50,252 nucleotides of DNA, taken from the NCBI GenBank assembly GCA_947303895.1, contig CAMYZQ010000002.1, forward strand, positions 1 through 50,252, written 5' to 3'. The notes beneath the pieces were generated by a model. The model ran no database searches. It saw only the letters and a list, made by a program, of their open reading frames with translations, and was not told where the DNA came from. Of the stretch, positions 44,204 to 50,252 are shown piece by piece. Source of the stretch: an uncultured Bacillota bacterium (lineage in GTDB: Bacteria > Bacillota_I > Bacilli_A > RF39 > UBA660). Every line of letters starts with the position of its first letter. Positions within the stretch are counted from its first letter, which is position 1. The position numbers were made by a program, and so were the translations under genes.

Positions 44204-44244
44204 TAAAAAAGAGCCAACACAAGAATAGATCCTATGTTGACCCT
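44204..44244 (-). terminator. Weak stem-loop plus U-run (possible attenuating terminator) upstream of the chaperone gene
   Basis: The minus-strand RNA reads (AGG)GUCAACA-15 nt-UGUUGGC(UCU)UUUUU. The stem is 7-10 bp and includes G.U pairs. Confidence 0.4.
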
Positions 44245-44288
44245 TAATTTTTTGTTTCAACTGAATCTCATATATTTATATACAACAA

Positions 44289-44327
44289 TCAATAATAAGT
44301 TTTCTAAAATAGATTCAATAATAAGTT
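44289..44327. repeat. 13-nt direct repeat tcaataataagtt x2 with 26-bp periodicity in the 190-bp intergenic region
   Basis: Exact copies at 44289-44301 and 44315-44327. Confidence 0.8.
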
Positions 44328-44365
44328 ATCTTTTGAGATTCCATATATAATAATTTAGCATTATT

Positions 44366-45220
44366 TTATGCTAAATTTTCATCAGACTCTTCTTCTTCAA
44401 ATTCATTTTCTAAATCGTCAAAAGTAATCTGATCTTTATTATCTTTTCTAAATCTATATTCATTACCTTTCTTGAACTGACCTTTCTTTCTAGCTTCAAT
44501 ATTTGAAGTTTCGATAGTTTCTTCATCAGAATCAAGAACTTCTTCTTCATCATCAAATATACTTAACTGTCTTTCATCATATTCTTTATCATAGACAGCT
44601 GGATAAATATATTTCTGATATAATCTTTCATCATGTTGCTCCATATAATTTATGTAATTTAAAATTACAGAAGCAATTTTTATAAGCCATGAAGAATCAC
44701 TTAAACACAAAATAATATGCTTACAACCAGGTCCTTTATCATCTCCTGGATTTGTTATATCAGCAGGTCTATCTTCAGGTTCTCCAATCAATAAACCTTT
44801 TCTTGTTGCCCAATATTTGAATCTATATCTAAAATCAGGACATGTACAGTTAATATAGACATCATCTCTATTAAAAGCTTTCATCAGAGCCTTTAATATC
44901 ATCTTTCTGTCAACCTGCTCTATATTATTCTTTTTTATATAATCGTGTAATTCTTCTAAAGTACCTACAAATGACATTCTAACTTTATAAATATTTGTTT
45001 CTCCTCTAATATCAACACTTACATCAAGCGTATCTGTCTTAAAGAATTTGTCCATATCCATATTATTAAAATGTTTTATTGAAGGTGCTATACTTGATTT
45101 TAATCTTCTTTTGTATCTATTACTACCATAATGTTGATTTGAAGGAGCATAATTAGCTCCTTTTTTAGACTGTGTTAATAATGCACTTCGTCTATCTTCT
45201 AAAAGAATATTTGTTGACAT
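44366..45220 (-). CDS. SWIM zinc-finger protein with basic N-terminus and strongly acidic C-terminal tail
   Basis: C125-x-C127 ... C166-x-H168 (INCTCPDF ... GPGCKHIILC) fits the CxCxnCxH SWIM pattern. The C-terminus reads DDLENEFEEEESDENLA. Confidence 0.6.
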   Translation of the reverse strand: MSTNILLEDRRSALLTQSKKGANYAPSNQHYGSNRYKRRLKSSIAPSIKHFNNMDMDKFFKTDTLDVSVDIRGETNIYKVRMSFVGTLEELHDYIKKNNIEQVDRKMILKALMKAFNRDDVYINCTCPDFRYRFKYWATRKGLLIGEPEDRPADITNPGDDKGPGCKHIILCLSDSSWLIKIASVILNYINYMEQHDERLYQKYIYPAVYDKEYDERQLSIFDDEEEVLDSDEETIETSNIEARKKGQFKKGNEYRFRKDNKDQITFDDLENEFEEEESDENLA

Positions 45221-45234
45221 TTCTAAATACCATA

Positions 45235-45264
45235 TGGCTAGCCAATATTTCTACTGGCTAGCCA
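45235..45264. promoter_or_regulatory. Stem-loop formed by two copies of the self-complementary 10-mer TGGCTAGCCA (putative RNA stabiliser or attenuator after the tube gene)
   Basis: tggctagcca-atatttctac-tggctagcca. Each 10-mer is its own reverse complement, which gives a perfect 10-bp stem. It lies between the tube stop (45277) and the SWIM start (45220). Confidence 0.5.
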
Positions 45265-45276
45265 CATTTTTAATAA

Positions 45277-45864
45277 TTAAATAACTTCGTTGTATGAATC
45301 TACAACTGCTCTATCATATTCGATAGTGCATCTAATTCTGCGTGCCCCATTAGCATCTACAGAGAAAGCATCTTCATCAATACTAGAAATCCAGCAGCCA
45401 TCTAATCTCCAAGTTCTTACAATCTGATTATAATCTGGAGTATATTCAATTAAGTTAGCAGTGACTTTATAGTCTGCTTGCTGACCAACTGTTTGATACA
45501 TAGGGTTACCAGATCTAGCTTGCCATGCCATAAGAATATCTTTTGTTTCAGCACCTATGAAATCATAGCATTCAAGACTTCCTGAAGGCCAAGTCATAAC
45601 ACCAGCATATTTAATACCAGTATTTCCTCTTCTAACTTCAATAGCGTTTTGACTGAAATGAGGAACTGATGCTGAAGAAACTGAAAGCCTAATCATTTCT
45701 TTAGCTTTAGGGAATGTTTTTGTCTCATTACCATAAGCAGCAATATTATTTAATGCATCACTGATAACAAAATCAAAGTTATTACCTCTTTGAATTTCAA
45801 ATAATTCCTTGTTGTCAGAGAAATGATAAGCACCTACGCTTGTTGCTCTTGCTTGTTGTGCCAT
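45277..45864 (-). CDS. Tail tube protein
   Basis: 195 aa, directly downstream of the sheath gene. The composition is beta-rich. The call rests mainly on synteny. Confidence 0.65.
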   Translation of the reverse strand: MAQQARATSVGAYHFSDNKELFEIQRGNNFDFVISDALNNIAAYGNETKTFPKAKEMIRLSVSSASVPHFSQNAIEVRRGNTGIKYAGVMTWPSGSLECYDFIGAETKDILMAWQARSGNPMYQTVGQQADYKVTANLIEYTPDYNQIVRTWRLDGCWISSIDEDAFSVDANGARRIRCTIEYDRAVVDSYNEVI

Positions 45865-45875
45865 TTATTATCTCC

Positions 45876-47906
45876 TTATTCTACTTCCGCAACAGTTACT
45901 TCACTATTTTCTAACTGTACAGTAAGTTCAAATACTTCTACTGAGTTAATAGGAACAATCCTGATTGCTGAAAGAATCTTATATGAAGGAACTGCTTGAC
46001 CAGTTTCTGGATCAACATTATATTTTACAATACTATAATCAGCTAAAATATAATTTGATACCATTGTATCAAGTAATGGAGTAATTAAATTCTTGAAGCT
46101 TAACCATAATACATCTGTATTCTGCTCAAAGAGTAAGCTTTGTGAAGCTTCATATAATCTCTTCTTAATGTCAGAAACTGTATCTCTAATATTAAGGAAT
46201 GAAGTAGCTTTAGTACCATTAGAATTATTTCTTAATGTTCTATTACCCCAGATACAATATCCATAATTCCTAATATAAGTAATTGGGTTAATCGAAATTG
46301 ACGATGCACCTAAATTCTCAACATCACCAGGAATGATCTGATATGAATCAGCTACATTGTTTGTTAATGTAAAGTTAGTATGTAATCCTGCACAATATGG
46401 AACTGGACCTCTACTTACACCAGATACAGCTAACCAAGGATTGTAGTTCTTTAACTGTTGTGCTAATGCACTTAAGAAGGCTAATGAACCAGGCATTTGA
46501 GCTACATTATCTCCTGTACCATAATTATTTGTTGCACCACCTGTAATTGCAGCATGTGTGCATGTGTACCAAGGAGTGAACATAGCACCATATGAACCAA
46601 CCTCAGTAGTTATATTAGAAAATTCATCTCTAATTCTACTTATTACTGAATAAGTATCAGATGCATAAATTGTTCTATTAGGATTGTTTGTGTGATCGAT
46701 TAATGCTACAGCATCTTCTCTTTTAGCAGCTAATCTAATCATCTGCTCAGCTAATGGGGAAGTACCATAAACTGCACTTGTTTCATCCTGAGATAATGGA
46801 CCATATTCAAATGTTGGATATCCACCAGAAGTAATATACTTAACAGCATAATCTCCCATTGAATCAAATGAATAATCAGATTGACCACTTGATTCACCAG
46901 CGTCAAAACCATTAAATCTATACTCAAGACCTTTATATAAAGATGTTATTGAAATATCAGCACCCTTATAATATGTAGTACCAGACTGAACTGTTTCATC
47001 ATCTGTTCTAATATAATTACCTTCAACCTCAATAAACCAGTCATTTGCCATCGGGTTTGCTTCAGCATTCGAAGGATCGTTCATATCTACAGGCTCAAAA
47101 GCAGAATTCATTTGCTCATAATAAACCGGAATACCTAATGATAATAGATATAAAGCATATCTATATCCTGGATCAGGATCTCCAGCAGTAGACTCTGTAG
47201 GACCTTTAAACATTAATGAAGGTTGTACAGTACTAATATAGTAATCTTTAACTTCTGTCTGAGTCATACCTGACATTTGGAAATCAATAAAAGTATCATC
47301 GGTATAAACATAGTCATTACCATACTTTATCATCCAACCATTATCACTAGGAGCCGTAGTTGAAGTAAAGACAAGCATTCCTGCATAACTAGTCTCTGCA
47401 GGAAGAGCTGACATAACTACTGTAACTGTATCTTCTACTGCAGTAGCGGTAGCCACATAGTAAATAACACCTTCTACAGGACTCCACTGAGCATCTACTT
47501 CTACATTTGTATAGAATCCTGTATTTGTAACTGCTTCAATAGTACTTTCTGCAGAAGCAGGTGCTGTATAAGTTATATTATTCACACCAGCAACTAATGA
47601 CGGAGTAACCGGTGGAATATAACCTGGAATAGCATATGGAGGGAATCCATACTTTGATTCTGTAGCTATTGGATAAGGTTGATCTGTAGGGAATGTAGGG
47701 CAATCATCTACACCACCATTACCAAATAATCTTAAGAATTCATACTTAGAAGTAACTAAAGTTGGAGTTCTAAATAATGTTGCACCATTTTCAAATGTAG
47801 GGGATGCACCATTATTACTAAATCCAGGCACATATACCACATCATATGAAGAAAGTGCTTCAACATTAGAAGTATTATCAACTTCTGTTATAATTATTCT
47901 TTGCAT
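45876..47906 (-). CDS. Contractile tail sheath protein
   Basis: N-terminus RIIITEVDNTS..VVYVPGFS and C-terminus NPITYIRNYGYCIWGNRTL are typical sheath signatures. At 676 aa it carries a large insertion domain. Confidence 0.85.
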   Translation of the reverse strand: MQRIIITEVDNTSNVEALSSYDVVYVPGFSNNGASPTFENGATLFRTPTLVTSKYEFLRLFGNGGVDDCPTFPTDQPYPIATESKYGFPPYAIPGYIPPVTPSLVAGVNNITYTAPASAESTIEAVTNTGFYTNVEVDAQWSPVEGVIYYVATATAVEDTVTVVMSALPAETSYAGMLVFTSTTAPSDNGWMIKYGNDYVYTDDTFIDFQMSGMTQTEVKDYYISTVQPSLMFKGPTESTAGDPDPGYRYALYLLSLGIPVYYEQMNSAFEPVDMNDPSNAEANPMANDWFIEVEGNYIRTDDETVQSGTTYYKGADISITSLYKGLEYRFNGFDAGESSGQSDYSFDSMGDYAVKYITSGGYPTFEYGPLSQDETSAVYGTSPLAEQMIRLAAKREDAVALIDHTNNPNRTIYASDTYSVISRIRDEFSNITTEVGSYGAMFTPWYTCTHAAITGGATNNYGTGDNVAQMPGSLAFLSALAQQLKNYNPWLAVSGVSRGPVPYCAGLHTNFTLTNNVADSYQIIPGDVENLGASSISINPITYIRNYGYCIWGNRTLRNNSNGTKATSFLNIRDTVSDIKKRLYEASQSLLFEQNTDVLWLSFKNLITPLLDTMVSNYILADYSIVKYNVDPETGQAVPSYKILSAIRIVPINSVEVFELTVQLENSEVTVAEVE

Positions 47907-47935
47907 TTATATTTCTCCATAATTAAACTTTTTAA

Positions 47936-48565
47936 TTAATCTGTTTTGTCTTCTACTATTATTTCAATTTCCGCGTTGCGGTGTTCTCTTAAATCCCATA
48001 AATAGGCATCATTTATCATTATCAAGAAAGAAAGTTTAGTATAATTACCTTCTATAAATCTTTCTTTCTCATTTGAATTATCCTGAATTTCAGTATTACC
48101 AAACTCTATTCTAGCAGTATGTTTAAAATCTTCATACTCTTTAGTTTTAGGATTATAAATTCTTACTTTAGGAACTTCTACTTCTAATGCAGGATAATTT
48201 ATAACATTAAATATCAAGTTACGAATAAGAATATCTGCTTCTTTAGCATATCTTGTATATACATTAACTTGATATGAAAGAGATATAGGAATAGCATTTA
48301 ATATTTCAGCTTGCTTACTATCAGCATTTATATCTTTACCATCATAAGATAATGGTCTTCTTGTAGTACCATCATTTATTATGTTAAAACCCCTATCTCT
48401 CTCTATGTAAATCAAAGGAAGTTTTATAGGTTCATCACCTGTTTTATCTGCTATAGTTTCAAAAACTCTTGATGCTTCATTTGGACCATATATTTCTATT
48501 TCTGATTTATGAGTCCAAGATTTAAATTTTCTAACTAATGCTTCATCATATAAAAATGTTGACAT
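47936..48565 (-). CDS. Putative tail completion / sheath terminator-type protein
   Basis: 209 aa, immediately upstream of the sheath gene. The call is by synteny only. Confidence 0.35.
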   Translation of the reverse strand: MSTFLYDEALVRKFKSWTHKSEIEIYGPNEASRVFETIADKTGDEPIKLPLIYIERDRGFNIINDGTTRRPLSYDGKDINADSKQAEILNAIPISLSYQVNVYTRYAKEADILIRNLIFNVINYPALEVEVPKVRIYNPKTKEYEDFKHTARIEFGNTEIQDNSNEKERFIEGNYTKLSFLIMINDAYLWDLREHRNAEIEIIVEDKTD

Positions 48566-48567
48566 TC

Positions 48568-49158
48568 TTACTCCTCACCAGAAGATAAAGCAAAAGCTTC
48601 TTCTATTTCATTTTGATCTCTCATATAACTTGTCATAGGTCTTACTTCTTCAGATTCAAATATATTATAATCTTCAGTAGCAGCTATTGCTTCAGCTGTA
48701 AGACCATAAGTAGTTTCATCAAATGCATTAGTATATTCTGGAACTATTTCACAGGTTATTGAAGCTGGATAAACCATGCTTGTAGCCATTTTAACTACTC
48801 TAAATAATCTTCCATTTCCATCATCAAGACCACTTGGAACAATAAACATACTCCCTTGTTGTAAATTAGGTAAATCATAATCTACATGAATAAAAGAAGA
48901 ATTTTCATCTAATTCAGACATCCAACCCATTTTTCTTAAAGTTTGCTGTGATGGGTGTTCATCAAATATACAACCAACTAATAAAGGTGGATTATAATTA
49001 GCATCTATTTCTGCATATGTAGTGTATTTTCTACCAGGCTTTGGAGATCTGTAAAGAACTCTTATACCTATAAGTTTACACATCTCACGAAAGTACTGCC
49101 TCCATTGTCTAGCATCTGGCGTAATTAATATTCCGTATTTTTGATTATCCATATTCAT
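48568..49158 (-). CDS. Putative neck/tail-completion protein (196 aa)
   Basis: The call is by synteny. Its first 23 codons have a diverged duplicate at 50170-50238. Confidence 0.35.
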   Translation of the reverse strand: MNMDNQKYGILITPDARQWRQYFREMCKLIGIRVLYRSPKPGRKYTTYAEIDANYNPPLLVGCIFDEHPSQQTLRKMGWMSELDENSSFIHVDYDLPNLQQGSMFIVPSGLDDGNGRLFRVVKMATSMVYPASITCEIVPEYTNAFDETTYGLTAEAIAATEDYNIFESEEVRPMTSYMRDQNEIEEAFALSSGEE

Positions 49159-50087
49159 TATCTTTCCTTAAATATTGTCATGCCTTTATAAAAATCTGGA
49201 TTATCATTTAAAAATGATTCTACTTTATCATTTTTTATACGTCTATTCTTTAAACCATTAGTTACATACGTGGTACCACCACAAGAAGACTTTACAAGTC
49301 CTTTTGTGCCTTTATATGGACAAGGATGACCTTGTTTACGCTTATTAGTAGGAAGTCCTCCAAGCTCATATCCATTATACATATACTCATTTAAGTTTTC
49401 TTTAGAAATTTTAGTTTCTTTTTTTAATTTTAAATTATGTACAACTACATAGCCCTTAGATTTTTGACTTGTTAAATGAGAATGTCCTATAACATATCCT
49501 TTAGACAAATAAATATCCAATTCATTTTTATTAATAAGTCGATCTACTCCATCTTTAGTTACACTTACTTTATTTTTTAAAATATTATTTCCTAACTCAA
49601 ATCCTAAATCAAGATAGTCTTGTAACTCTTCTTTTAATATAGTATGAACTTCTAGTCCTTTAGAAACTTGAATTCTTCCTTTCATGCTATTACTTATTTG
49701 TTTTGATCTACTTTTACTATCACAAAATTCTGTTTGTAATAATTCATAATTAGTTAAAGAATAAATAAAATCTTTATCATCTCCAAATGCTCTTTGAAGA
49801 ACTAATATATTAGCAATTTTAAACCATTCCTCTTTAGAACATAAAGCTAAATAATAATGAGCTAATAAATGATCTTTTATTAATAGATTAACTTTATTAT
49901 TTAATGAATTATCTATAGAAATATTATTATGACGAAAATAACATTTAGGTACTATATGATGGGAATGTGTTTTATATTTTTCTTTTATTGTTGTACTATT
50001 TCTTTCTATTAAATCTATATATTTATCTAAATATTCATTATTAGTAACTATATCTAAATTTAATAGATAATTCTTTAAAGAATCCAT
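49158..50087 (-). CDS. Free-standing HNH homing endonuclease with repeated C-terminal DNA-binding modules
   Basis: HSHHIVPKCYF...NKVNLLIKDHLLAHYYL is an HNH motif. The GFELG / GYVIG / GYELG / FYKGM motif repeats every ~30-45 aa, as in NUMOD/IENR-type repeats. The gene has its own RBS (AAGAGG) and an AT-rich upstream region. Confidence 0.8.
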   Translation of the reverse strand: MDSLKNYLLNLDIVTNNEYLDKYIDLIERNSTTIKEKYKTHSHHIVPKCYFRHNNISIDNSLNNKVNLLIKDHLLAHYYLALCSKEEWFKIANILVLQRAFGDDKDFIYSLTNYELLQTEFCDSKSRSKQISNSMKGRIQVSKGLEVHTILKEELQDYLDLGFELGNNILKNKVSVTKDGVDRLINKNELDIYLSKGYVIGHSHLTSQKSKGYVVVHNLKLKKETKISKENLNEYMYNGYELGGLPTNKRKQGHPCPYKGTKGLVKSSCGGTTYVTNGLKNRRIKNDKVESFLNDNPDFYKGMTIFKER

Positions 50088-50163
50088 ATTTATACCTCTT
50101 ATATAATATATTTATATAATTTAGCATAAATATAATTTTTTTATCTCTAAAGTATTGTCGATG

Positions 50164-50238
50164 CTAATTAAAATATTGTCTATGCTGTCTTATATCTGGA
50201 GTTAATAGGATACCATATTTTTGATTATTAGTTTCCAT
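50164..50238 (-). pseudogene. Truncated 5' remnant (24 codons plus TAG) homologous to the start of 48568..49158
   Basis: METNNQKYGILLTPDIRQHRQYFN* compared with MNMDNQKYGILITPDARQWRQYFRE... A good RBS is present (AGGAGATAATAATG). By my hand alignment, nucleotide identity is about 40/57 over the conserved block. Confidence 0.7.
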
Positions 50239-50252
50239 TATTATCTCCTACT

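Noticed and set aside
49090-50238. A group I intron carrying the HNH ORF that interrupts the 196-aa gene.
   Set aside because: The downstream gene has its own ATG, an RBS (inside the HNH 3' end) and a complete copy of the duplicated N-terminus. No conserved intron pairing elements were evident by eye. Splicing remains formally testable.
1-50252. tRNA, rRNA or CRISPR arrays, integrase/attachment sites and stop-codon reassignment.
   Set aside because: Intergenic gaps are at most 190 bp, and none folds into a cloverleaf or shows repeat-spacer periodicity. No tyrosine or serine recombinase motifs were seen. Long uninterrupted ORFs, including one of 6.3 kb, fit the standard bacterial code.

Overview
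The window is an AT-rich stretch of a large contractile-tailed (myovirus-type) phage or prophage. Hand counts give about 27% G+C in typical backbone stretches. Every credible gene is on the minus strand, so transcription runs from high to low coordinates.

Gene layout:
- ~50.2-13.25 kb: neck, tail and baseplate morphogenesis. In order: a free-standing HNH homing endonuclease, two neck/tail-completion candidates, sheath, tube, a SWIM zinc-finger protein, a chaperone pair, tape measure, LysM and LRR proteins, three tandem hub paralogues carrying different muralytic heads, a gpV-like spike, a five-gene receptor-binding cassette, a gp25-like wedge, a 2109-aa baseplate-J giant and a gpI-like protein.
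- 13.2-2.4 kb: replication. Zn-ribbon protein, SNF2 helicase, two unknowns (one sigma-like, one with a PcrA/UvrD-type Tudor domain), replisome organiser, DnaC-like loader, DnaB helicase, DnaG primase, gp32-like SSB and a family A DNA polymerase.
- 2.4 kb to the left edge: a two-gene DNA-modification cassette.

Most notable findings:
1. A single polypeptide fuses a P-loop dNMP kinase to a T4 gp42-like dCMP hydroxymethylase. It is translationally coupled to an ORF missing from the supplied track that matches T4 DNA beta-glucosyltransferase. This predicts glucosyl-hydroxymethyl-pyrimidine DNA in a non-T-even, PolA-type phage.
2. Three tightly coupled hub paralogues share a gpD/XkdQ-like C-terminus but carry different N-terminal domains, suggesting a heterotrimeric hub.
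3. Two adjacent tail-collar fibre genes are built from the same four modules in reciprocally swapped order.
4. A ~32-aa '(N/S)P..E.GWYE...Y.L..D(T/S)....(K/T)TYY' module recurs in the sheath, the giant baseplate protein and a 779-aa protein.
5. The HNH gene is flanked by a diverged duplicate of the 5' end of the downstream gene.

No rRNA, tRNA, CRISPR array, integrase or reverse transcriptase was seen. All homology statements come from motif recognition by eye and recalled reference sequences, not from searches.
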